From: the human T2T-CHM13v2.0 reference genome, Homo sapiens
Assembly: GCF_009914755.1 (NCBI RefSeq)
Contig: NC_060942.1
Strand: one strand, 5' to 3'
Length of the DNA: 64,000 bases
Part shown: piece by piece, positions 53,347-64,000 of the stretch
How the letters are laid out: each line of letters starts with the position of its first letter
How positions within the stretch are numbered: position 1 is the stretch's first letter
Translations under genes and position numbers: made by a program
Notes under the pieces: model-generated
What the model was told of the DNA's origin: nothing
Databases searched by the model: none
Seen by the model: the letters and a program-made list of their open reading frames with translations, nothing else

Positions 53347-55287
53347 TGAAAAAGGGGTATTGTTTTCTATAAATGCTTTGGTCATTGTTGGAAATATTGG
53401 CTACATAATTTAAAATGGATTTCTATGTTAATCTGAAATGAGACATAAGCTTAATATAGAGAAACAGGGCTTGTGATGTCTTCGTTAATAGCAAAGGTTG
53501 TTCTGCTTCATACAAGGTGGAAAATTTTACCCACCTCAGGGCAATTGTGCCAGCAATTATATCAGCAAATCAGAGGGACTGCTTTCCTATTTTAAGTCAT
53601 TTTAATTATCAGTAAACTAAACTTGCATCTAAACAGCCATTACTTGAGATACTGCAAGTGCTTAGGTTGTTAATAACGTAAAGTTACCTGTGAAGAAAAA
53701 AAACAGAGGTTAATATTTTTATCTTTTTATTTTATTTTAATTTTATATTTTATTATTTTCCTTTGATGAATCCATTGCTGCCTACACTGTACTGAACTAA
53801 GTAGTTGGGAGTGAAAATATATGAACTAGCCCTTGTCCCTTTTTGACTTTACTGTATATTTAAGATTTGAATGGATACATCCTCACTTACCTTTACATAT
53901 CCATATGGAATTGAGTGAGAACAGAGTTTATTACTATGTCAACTTTAGTTGGAAACTGAAACTAAGATCATTTATTTGCTATACATCTTACGTGGAAATT
54001 ATATATTAGCTCGTGATATTTCATCTTTTTTACAGTTATGTTTTGACGTTCATATTACATGAGTAACAAATTATGAAGACTAACCATTTATGAACAGAAT
54101 TTAGTGTTAAATGAAAGCATTCCAGATTTTTATTTTCTGTTGCCTTGAATTGAATGCATTGCTGTGCTGCATGATAACTAGGTAAGCAATTGACCTGTGT
54201 GACTGTCATTTCTGTGCCTTGCATAACCAAACCAAGTTTCCTCTGACACTGAGGCAGAGACAGGCAGGGTTGCGCTGGGCAGGAAGCAGCTCTGAGGCCT
54301 CCCTGAAGGGCCTTAGACTCCCAATGGGGGAGTCAGAGGCCACCCTGTTCTCTGGCTACGGCACCATAGCCTAGACATGGGTGTCACCAAAGGCTATACA
54401 CTTCTTTACCTCCTTTTCTGCCCTCTTCCTAAAGGAAGCATCTGGAACCAGAAGGAGTCCATATCGCTAGCCCCACTCCTCCCTAACCAGTTCTCCATCC
54501 CGAGCCTTAGATTCAGGCTTGCATAGGCAGATTCTGGAAAGTCCATTAAAAGGGCAGGATGTGGAGTAAATAGGTGATTGGATTGGAGGGTAAAGGGCGG
54601 AAAATTCACAGCAGAGACAGGTGGACTTTTCTAACTGGATAAGCTACACCAACTCATGAATCCAAGTATTCCACCCCTGGAAAGCAAGAGGTGAAAGCAA
54701 GTTGGTTCCATTGGTGAAAGCAAGTCACCTGCCTGAGCCCAGAGACAGGGTGGAAAGGCTCTACAAAGTTACATGGCAGGAAGCATGGGCACAGAAAAGG
54801 CAAGCATGAGGAATGGGGGGGGCGGTGTTGGTGTTTTTCTTTGTTTGTTTGTTTTGTTTTGTTTGCATTCTACCTCATGCCATGTATTTTAGCTCATTTA
54901 TTCTTGGAAGCTGCCACTGCTATGGTGATACACAGACATCAAGGATGTCCAATAGTATAGGGCTAATTTTGGCAACACAGAAGATAAGTGTGGGGGTATT
55001 TCACATTCATAAGTAACAAACCTATGCCCACCTGGACAGGAACCACGCCTCTTTGTATTGAGACTGTTTGTGACATGCTTGATCTTCTCGACTAGATCAT
55101 AGCAAGCAGGGACCCTGAGCTTTGTTCTCCTGCATCTTCCCTTTAGCCCCACCACAATGCCTAACACATAGTTTGCACTTAGTAAATATGCAAGGATAAA
55201 TGATCCCCAGAATCCCACTGCTCTAGTGTCCCAATGGGAGATCCCCTCAAGACCCACCAGGTGATTGCTTGTAGCTCAACCTGTATT

Positions 55288-55610
<323 letters not shown>

Positions 55611-57349
55611 TAAAATAGGGTTTCACTTTAAACTTTTAAATTTTGTTCTACTACAATAATTACCAAATTCCAGGGGAGCAAAGGTCCAAGCCTGTTGCCT
55701 ACAGAATTAAGGCATCCAATTCAGATCTCAATTATTTTGTGTTAAGAAAATCTAAACAAAGCAAACACTGCTTAGGGTTTACCAATGAATAAAGAAGCAA
55801 GTTGGAAGGGATATCAAAAAGATCAAAATGTTTGCGCATTTATAACTTTAACAATGTCTAAGTTTTTTTAAACTTAGGTTCTACATCTGGAGCATACTTT
55901 TTTAAAAATCATAAGCAGTGTTAAAAAATACTTGACAGTTTTGTCTTGATTCTTAATGTGGGTGTTAAGGGATGCCGTCCATTAGTGAGTACACCCCAGA
56001 TCATGTGTTTATTGCATCCTCCTTCTTCCCTGCCTGTCCCCTAATGATCTGGTGCACAGAGGGCTACTTGAGCTGAGTTATATGGATCTCAGTTGCTGTC
56101 ATTTGCACATACTTAATTCAGACAGGTGATCACATTGATTTCCAAGACCCAATTTTTAAGACACTGTACTCACGTAGATATCTTAGCTGCTCTGACTATG
56201 TTGTCTGAAAAGGAAAACATTTTAAGCCTTTGGAAGCAATTTTGATGGACATTTCATTGTGTTCTATATTACTCACATAATTAAATTTCCTTCAAGTCAA
56301 AGTCTGTTTAAAATTAAATTGAGAAATATTTTTGAGTTCCATCAGGCAGATAACTTTGTTTAGCTAGATTTGTTCTGCATTCACATGAAATGGCATCCTA
56401 CGAATCAATACCCAGTGCTCACAGTTCCCCTGAATGTGAAGAAATGGCACCCTTAGTAGGCAGTTGTAGTCTCCTGTAATTCATAACAAGCTGTCCCTAG
56501 TTATTGAACGTGTTTACCCTGTAATCCCAGAAAGTTCTTGTGTTTTTATGCCTATGGTTTTGCAGGCTGGTTTATTCAGATTCTGAGCATTGTGAACTAA
56601 ATTCATAACTTCTTTCATGCATTAGCCGGAGTCATAGGACTCTGATTTACAGACTCGCAGTCCAGCTCACAGCGGCTAGCTTTCTTTGGGTCATACCAGA
56701 GTTTCATCTGCATGGCCAAAGGGGTAGAATTCCAACTTGGGTTTGAAAGCAAATAGGATAAATTGTCAGAAGATGTATTCCTGTGTACATCTTTGGAAAC
56801 AAGACATAGGAACAAACCCTTATTTTTCAACTCCACCCACCCTGCTACTGAGGACAGAAGAACAAGCCCTCCTCATCTTTTATCCTGCCTCTCCTTGAGA
56901 CAGCCATTCCATTAAATTCTATGGCGAGGGAATCTATGGTGTTCGAGCTGTAATTGAAGAATTAGCATTCCATAAATGCTGCCTTAATTTTTTTAAAAAA
57001 ATTGTTCCAAAGAACTGCTTTTTGTTGCATTGTTAATTAGCCTTTGAACATTTTTGAATTCATTATAACCTTCAAGGTCTGCCAAGGTCTTTAAGGTTTC
57101 TTCTTTATGGCTTTGCCTCTAAATAACAATAGGTACATTGTAAGGTTATTGTGAGCCTTAAGTAAGTTAATGCATACAGATGCTTAGAATAACTGGTAAA
57201 TAGTAAATACTTGCTAAAATATCTGCCATTATTGATTGATTGATTAATTTTTTGTAACTTCTCCATATATCAGCAGGAAATTTGGCCTGAGTCACCAATG
57301 TTCCCATAGCTTTTATATATTAAGAATATTGCTTGGCATTGTCAATGAC

Positions 57350-57545
57350 AGCATGAGCCAAACAGATCCAGTTTGTATCTGAGCCACCATTTACTAGCTC
57401 TGTGATGTCAGGCAGGGGACGACTCTTGAAGAGCCTCAGTTCCCTCCTCTGTAGGAGGAGGACAAGGTAGGTCCTGACGTTATCTAGTTGGTGTACAGAT
57501 TAAATGAGACGCCATAAGGGTATATGGCACCTGGTACATTGCCTC
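57350..57545 (+). mobile_element. MIR
   Basis: CCACCATTTACTAGCTCTGTGA...GAGCCTCAGTTCCCTCCTCTGTA...GATTAAATGAGA. Confidence 0.7.
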
Positions 57546-58650
57546 CTATCTCCTCAGTTTTACAGCTAACATCCTATTACACATGGGCCACATCTGTACT
57601 TCAACATAAATTTTTTGTCATTTTCTCAGATGAGATTTAGGATGAGTGAGATTGCCAGACTCTACACTCATCACTGGGCATGCTGTTTGCAAACTGGCCA
57701 ACCATGCAGCCGGACTATTTACTCCCCACCCCCAATGTCCTTTTAAGACTCCCTTAACAGTTATGGACATTTTGCTAAGCTCGTGCTTAGAACCCAGAAG
57801 TTGACTGTGCACACAGTAGGTTCTGACTGAATCCCTACAGGCTTAGATTGGAATACAGTCCATTTTGCAAGTGTGGTATGTATTGAGCAGACATTCTGTA
57901 TTTGATGGAAGTTCACATATAAAAATGGCAACTGAGCCAACAAAACTCACATCATCTGTCTCTATAATGATCACAGGTTTGGGGGGCCTTATCAGAAAGT
58001 TATTTTTATAGACACCCCGGTGGTCATGAGATTTAAAATGCTAAGGAGAATGGCTTCCTCTTTAACCTCTTTTCTGTTTTTGATATGTCTGGGCCCTGCT
58101 TCTTTATCTTGTTCCCCAAATCCATTCACTTAGGTTCTGACTTGGCTCCCTGGAGAGCTCCTGTTTTGGTTCACACCATCATCTTTATTCCCAAATTAGG
58201 ATCCTTAACAAGAAAAGAGAAAAGAAAGAAAACCTGTAGACATCCAGATGTTGCTTTTTCTGAAGTAACAACTTTATTTGATAATATTTTGAAGCCATGG
58301 GCCACCGAATTCTCAACATGCAAGTTTATTTAAACAGTCTCTAGTATCCTTTCCTGACCCCAAATTACTTTCAAGCATTAATTGTCCTAGTGGTTTCATG
58401 GCCATATTATTTCATATTCATTAGTGTTTTCATGAAAAATGATAACACTAATTAGAGTGGCTTCCAGTTAATTCACTTGGTGATTCATTACTCTCTCCTT
58501 CTTGGTGATCTGCATGTGGTCATCCTGGAGAAAGCATCCAAGGGTAATTGCAGCTCTATTCCCTGAGTGATTGCCTAATGCCATTAGTTCTGATCCACAG
58601 GAGCATCTCGGGAAGCTCTGATGGGGTCTGGTTACAGCTGCACCCTTGTC

Positions 58651-59208
58651 CTGCCCTTTGGATGCAGGGAGAAAGGGAAGCCTGCAGTGAGGACTGGTCC
58701 TCCGGAGGGGTCTAGGGAAACAGAGGGGAGGGACGTCTTAGGGAAAAGGAAGTAGGGGCAGGGGAGGGAGTTCAGGGATTTGAACATCACTTTAACATCT
58801 TCTAGAACTTGGGTAAGGACAGTATAGAGTAAAATCTGCCCTGAGAACTTGCACGTAGAGTAAGGAAGGTGGTTTCTCTTCAGTTTCAGCAGACTTGTGG
58901 CCAGGCACTGAGCTGGAGTTTGGAAACCCGGTTCCCTCTCAGAGCTCTGACATCCAGTTCTTCCAACTGAAAGTTTATTTGACCTCATTCCCATTAGGAT
59001 GGCTGCTGTAAAGCAAAATGAAAACAAAAAATAACAAATGTTGGCAAGGATGTGGAAAAATTGGAACCTTGTGTGCTGTTGGTGGGACTGTAAGATGGTG
59101 TAGCCACTGTGGAAATAGTATGGCAGTTCCTCAGAAATTTAAAATGTGAGTTATCACATGACCCAGAAATACCACTTCTGAGTATACACTCCAAAAGAAC
59201 TGAAAGCA
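58651..59208 (+). repeat. Inverted repeat, left arm (558 bp)
   Basis: Reverse complement of 59971-60530; the mirrored ORFs 58632-59027(-), 58994-59233(-) and 59910-60389(+) give near-identical peptides. Confidence 0.97.
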
Positions 59209-59760
59209 GGGTCTGAAAGAGATATTTGTACACCCGTGTTCACTGCAGTGTTATTCACAACAGCCAAAAGGTGGAAGCAACCCAACAGTTCATCAACAGG
59301 TGAATGGATAAACAAAATATGGAGTTTTCATACAGTGGAATATTATTTAGCCTTAAAAAGGAAGGAAAATCTGACATATACTATGGTCTGAATGAGTCTT
59401 GAGGATATTAAGCTAAGCTAAGTGAAATAAGCCAATCACCAAAAGACAAATACTATATGATTTCACTTATATGAAGTGTCTAGAATAGTCAAACTCATAG
59501 AAACGGAAAGTACAATGGTGCTTGCCAGGTGCCTGAGAGAGGGAAATGGAAACTTGTTTAATGAGTATAGAGTTTTAGTTCTGCAAGATATAAAAGTTCT
59601 GGAGATTGTACAAGAATGTGAATATACTTAACACTATGGAGCTATAACCTTAAAAGTAGTTAAGATGGTAAATTTTGTTGTGTATATTTTACCATAATTT
59701 CAAAGAAAGATTGTTTGTTATTTATATTGTATTGCTTGCTCAATTTTTAAAAAAAATTAA
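58982..59760 (+). mobile_element. L1MB-like 3' fragment
   Basis: CCCATTAGGATGGCT...AAATGTTGGCAAGGATGTGGAAAAATTGGAACC...GTTAAGATGGTAAATTTT. Confidence 0.85.
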
Positions 59761-59777
59761 AAATAGAAAAACAAAAA

Positions 59778-59950
59778 GCCAGGTGCGGTGGCATGTACCT
59801 GCAGTCCCAGCTACTGGGGAAGCTGAGGTGGGAGGATTGCTTGAGCCTGAGTTCTGGACTGTAGTGCCCCAGGCCCATCAATGTCCTCACTAAGTTCACC
59901 ATCAATACGGTGACTTCCTGGGAGTGGGGTATCACCAGGTTGGTGAGGGA
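59778..59950 (+). pseudogene. 7SL (SRP RNA) pseudogene, 5' part
   Basis: Alu-domain start followed by S-domain sequence absent from Alus: GTTCTGGACTGTAGTG...CACTAAGTTCACCATCAATACGGTGACTTCCTGGGAGTGGGG..TCACCAGGTTG. Confidence 0.88.
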
Positions 59951-59970
59951 AAAAACAACTACTGCCATGT

Positions 59971-60530
59971 TGCTTTCAGTTCTTTTGGAGTATATACTCA
60001 TAAGTGGTATTTCTGGGTCATGTGATAATTCACACTTTAAATTTCCGAGGAACTGCCATACTATTTCCATAGTGGCTACATCATCTTACAGTCCCACCAA
60101 CAGCACACAAGGTTCCAATTTTTCCACATCCTTGCCAACATTTGTTATTTTTTGTTTTCATTTTGTTTTGACAGCAGCCATCCTAATGGGAATGAGGTCA
60201 AATAAACTTTCAACTGGAAGAACTGGATGTCAGAGCTCTGAGGGGGAACCAGGTTTCCAAACTCCAGCTCAGTGCCTGGCCACAAGTCTGCTGAAACTGA
60301 AGAGAAACCACCTTCCCTACTCTATGTGCAAGTTCTCAAGGCAGATTTTACTCTATCCTGCCCTTACCCCAGGTTCTAGAAGATGTTAAAGTGATGTTCA
60401 AATTCCTGAACTCCCTCCCCTGCCCCTACTTCCTTTTCTCTAAGACGTCCCTCCCCTCTGCTTCCCTAGACCCCTCCGGAGGACCAGTGCTCACTGCAGG
60501 CTTCCCTTTCTCTCTGCATCCAAAGGTCAG
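59971..60530 (-). repeat. Inverted repeat, right arm (560 bp)
   Basis: About 26 differences from the left arm on manual alignment. Confidence 0.97.
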
Positions 60531-60532
60531 TT

Positions 60533-60608
60533 GTGTTTGCTCAGTAGTGGGATACTGCCTGTGAATAGCCACTGTACTCCAGCAGCTTAAAACTCCATTT
60601 CTTAAAAA
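60533..60608 (+). pseudogene. 7SL pseudogene, 3' part
   Basis: TCAGTAGTGGGATACTGCCTGTGAATAGCCACTGTACTCCAGC matches 7SL TCAGTAGTGGGATCGCGCCTGTGAATAGCCACTGCACTCCAGC. Confidence 0.85.
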
Positions 60609-60635
60609 CATTTTTTATCAAAAGTTCTGCCACTC

Positions 60636-61076
60636 CACTATTCACAATAGCAAAGACTTGGAACCAACCCAAATGTCCATCAGTGATAGACTGGATTAAG
60701 AAAATGTGACACATATACACCATGGAATACTATGCAGCCATAAAAAAGGATGAGTTCATGTCCTTTGCAGTGACATGGATGAAGCTGAAAACCATCATTC
60801 TCAGCCAACTATCGCAAGGACAGAAAAGCAAACGCTGCATGCTCTCACTCGTAGGTGGGAGTTGAACAATGAGAATACATGGACACAGGGCGGGGAACAT
60901 CACACACTGGGGCCTGTTGTGGGGTAGGGGGCTGGGGGAGGGATAGCATTAGAAGAAATACCTAATGTAAAAGACGAGTTGATGGGTGCAGCAAACCAAC
61001 ATGGCACATGTATACGTATGCAACAAACCTGCACGTTGTGCACATGTACCCTAGAATTTAAAGTATAATAATAAAA
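60636..61076 (+). mobile_element. L1PA 3' end (5'-truncated) with 16-bp TSD
   Basis: CTATTCACAATAGCAAAGACTTGGAACCAACCCAAATG...TAAAGTATAATAATAAAA. TSD AAAAGTTCTGCCACTC at 60620-60635 and 61077-61092. Confidence 0.95.
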
Positions 61077-61099
61077 AAAAGTTCTGCCACTCAAAGAGA

Positions 61100-62060
61100 A
61101 CCACATTAATATTTTGCTTTTATTAAAATTATTTTTAATTATTTAAGCAATGCATTAAAACATTCTACTTATAAAAATCAAAACATTAATGATCAGAATA
61201 AAGTCCTCTTTGCCTATCTCCTTTAATACCAGTCTTCTTCATTACTTCCCAGCAGTAACCACTCTTCTGGCTACAAAGAGTGGGTCTGCCAATCCAGGCA
61301 CTTCCAGTGCATTTATTTACCTACATATGTACTCATATAAATTGTATAAATAGGTAGAAAGACAGATAGATAGATCGATAGGTATCTTAGGTTTGCGTAT
61401 TGTTTTCACATAAGTGGCATCACACTGCATGCATCATTCCAAAGCTCCTTCTTTCCTTTGATAGTATGCCTACCCAGCTTCTACATATAAATGAGGTTCT
61501 TGCAACCCACATTTATTGCATAGTGTCCTATGGCATGACTATTTTCATTTATTTAGCCATTTCTGTTTTGATGGGCAATTAGGCTGTTTACCATTTTTGG
61601 TTGTTTGCATTATTTGCTAAGCAGTGATGAGTGAACATCCTTGTACACACCTCCCTGTGTACCCATGGGAATGTTTCCTAGGGTGGACACCGAGAAGCAA
61701 AATGAGAGGTCATGGAGATGCACATACTGTAATTTTGATAGGCACTACCACACTGTCTTCGAAATTGGCTCCCCATCAGCAGTGGAGGAGAGAGCTCCTA
61801 TTTCCCTGACACTTGCCAGAAGTTAATATATTAGCCATTTTACTTTTTTTTGCATAGTTGCTGGATTTAAAAATAACATTTTGTGGTTGCTTTATTTTGT
61901 TATATTTTTATGATTTCTAATGAACCTTGATATAATCATATACTTGCTGGTCATATATATTTCCTTTTCTGAGAATGTCCTGTTCATATCCTTGTTTGGC
62001 ATTGTTTTTTATATATTCTGGATGCAAATTTTTGCTTTACAAATTACAAATGTGGTCTCA
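61100..62060 (-). mobile_element. Old L1 (L1ME-like) antisense fragment
   Basis: TTGATGGGCAATTAGGCTGTTT...GTGAACATCCTTGTACA...TTTCCCTGACACTTGCCA. Confidence 0.65.
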
Positions 62061-62064
62061 GTTC

Positions 62065-62445
62065 TCCAGTTAAAAGGCATAAAGTGATTGAATGGTTAAA
62101 GAAACAAGACCCATCTATATGTTGCCTTCAGGAAACCCACTTCACCCATAAAGACACACATCGACTGAAAGTGAAAGAGTAGAAAAAATATTTCATGCAA
62201 TTGGAAACCAAAGAAGAGTGGGAGTAACTATACTTATATCAGATAAAATAGACTACAAATCAAAGACTGTGAACAAAGATGAGGAGGGTCACTACGTAAT
62301 GAGAAAAGGGTCAATACAGCAAGGGGATATAACAATTATAAATATCTATGTGCCCAACACTAGAGCTCCCAGGTATATAAAGCAAACATTAATAGATCTA
62401 AAGGGAGGGATAGACTATAATATATTGAAAACATTTTATCCCATG
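62065..62445 (+). mobile_element. L1 ORF2 endonuclease-region fragment
   Basis: ORF 62218-62457 GVTILISDKIDYKSKTVNKDEEGHYVMRKGSIQQGDITIINIYVPNTRAPRYIKQTL. Confidence 0.9.
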
Positions 62446-62500
62446 GTATTATTTTGAAACTTAATAAGGCTTCTTTTAACTTTGATGTATCAAATTCATC

Positions 62501-62810
<310 letters not shown>

Positions 62811-62862
62811 TAAATATTTTTGTTGCTCTTCCTTTACTTTATGTGTTTTGCTTCTTGGGTCA

Positions 62863-63170
62863 TTTTTATTTATTTTATTTATTTTTTAGAGGCAGGATCT
62901 CACTCTGTTGCCTAGGCTGAGATGCAGAGCCCCAATCATAGCTCACTGCAACCTCGAACTCTTGGGCTCAAGCGATCCTCCTACAAAAGCTTCCCAAGCA
63001 GCTAGGACTACAGGTGCCTGCCACCTCATCCAGCTAATTTTATTTTATTTTTTTCATACAGATGGAGTCTTGCTATGTTACCCAGGCTAGTCTCAAACTC
63101 CTGAGCTCAAGCAATCCCCCCACCTCAGCCTGTGTGCTGGGGTTATAGGCGTGAGCCACCATGCCTGGCC
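62863..63170 (-). mobile_element. AluJ, antisense
   Basis: ATCATAGCTCACTGC...GGGCTCAAGCGATCCTCC; TSD TTGGGTCATTTTT. Confidence 0.92.
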
Positions 63171-63635
63171 TTGGGTCATTTTTAAACATTTGAATCTTTA
63201 TTCTTTAATTTTTCTGAAGTTGCTTTTTATAAATTATGTGAAATTGGAATCTATTTTTTTAAAATCTCAAATGGATAGCCAACTAATCCAACAGTTTCTG
63301 AACAATTCATCTCTTCTCACTATTTGAAATGCAATACTTTCTTTATAATATATTATATTCCCTTATGTACTTGGGTCAGTTTCTGCACTCCATTCTGTTC
63401 CATGGATCTATTAAATTCTGTGTCAACGTCATACTATTTAAATTATTTTTGCTTTATGATATATCTTGAGCTCTAATAGGATATATATTTTCTCTCCTCA
63501 TCTTCTGTTTCTACATCTTCTTAGCCTTCCTTGTATTTTCACTTTTCCATAGGAATTATAGAATCAGCTTGAATTTATATATTATTTTGATCTTCTCAAT
63601 TATACATAGGGCACAGAGTTCTATTCATTCAAATC

Positions 63636-63932
63636 TTTTTTTTTTTTTTTTTTTTTGAGATGGGGTCTCACTCTGTTGCTCAGGCCTGAGTGCAGTGGCA
63701 CAATCACAGCTCACTGCAGCCTTGACCTCCCTAGCTCGGGTGATCCTCCTACCTCAGCCTCCTGAATAACTGGGACTACAGGCACACCCACCACACCTGG
63801 CTAATTTTTTTGTATTTTTTGTAGAGACAGGGTGTCACTCTCTTGCCCAGGCTGGTCTCAAATGCCTGAGTTCAAGTGATCCTCCCACCTCAGCCTCCCT
63901 GGCATTATGGCGTGAGCCACCACGCCTGGACC
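63636..63932 (-). mobile_element. AluJ, antisense, within an old antisense L1
   Basis: CACAGCTCACTGCAGCCTTGACCTCC; TSD CAAATCTTT. Confidence 0.92.
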
Positions 63933-64000
63933 CCAAATCTTTATTTATGTCCTCAGCAAGTAAAAATAAGTTTTAGTTTTGGCCTTTTGATCTTTTGGTT

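Noticed and set aside
59910-60389. 159-aa ORF and its mirror ORFs on the minus strand
   Set aside because: They derive from 7SL, antisense L1 and the inverted duplication, and the frame is not preserved between arms.
59778-60608. Functional SRP RNA gene
   Set aside because: Diverged, CpG-decayed and interrupted in the S domain.

Overview
Eukaryotic DNA, almost certainly human (AluY/AluS/AluJ, L1PA), covering the 5' half of the ONECUT2 locus. Bases 1-29.1k are a repeat-dense upstream region: ERVL internal sequence plus LTR, nested old L1s, Alus, MER44A, MER46C and an MSTA LTR. Bases ~29.1k-53k contain no recognisable Alu or L1 and hold several CpG islands, the ONECUT2 promoter and coding exon 1 (38589-39816, CUT domain). 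The rest is intron 1; the homeodomain exon is not in the window. I see no other supportable protein-coding gene and no CRISPR or prokaryotic system. The most unusual structure is a ~560-bp inverted duplication (~95% identical arms) in intron 1. Its second arm splits a 7SL pseudogene, and the pair could fold the pre-mRNA into a long dsRNA stem. Other notable items are a Met-Asp-stop micro-uORF abutting the ONECUT2 start codon, a 20/21 REST/RE1 match in intron 1, a twin-primed L1, an apparent L1 3' transduction and a 200-bp dispersed direct duplication. Repeat subfamily calls come from recall of consensus sequences, and their boundaries are approximate.
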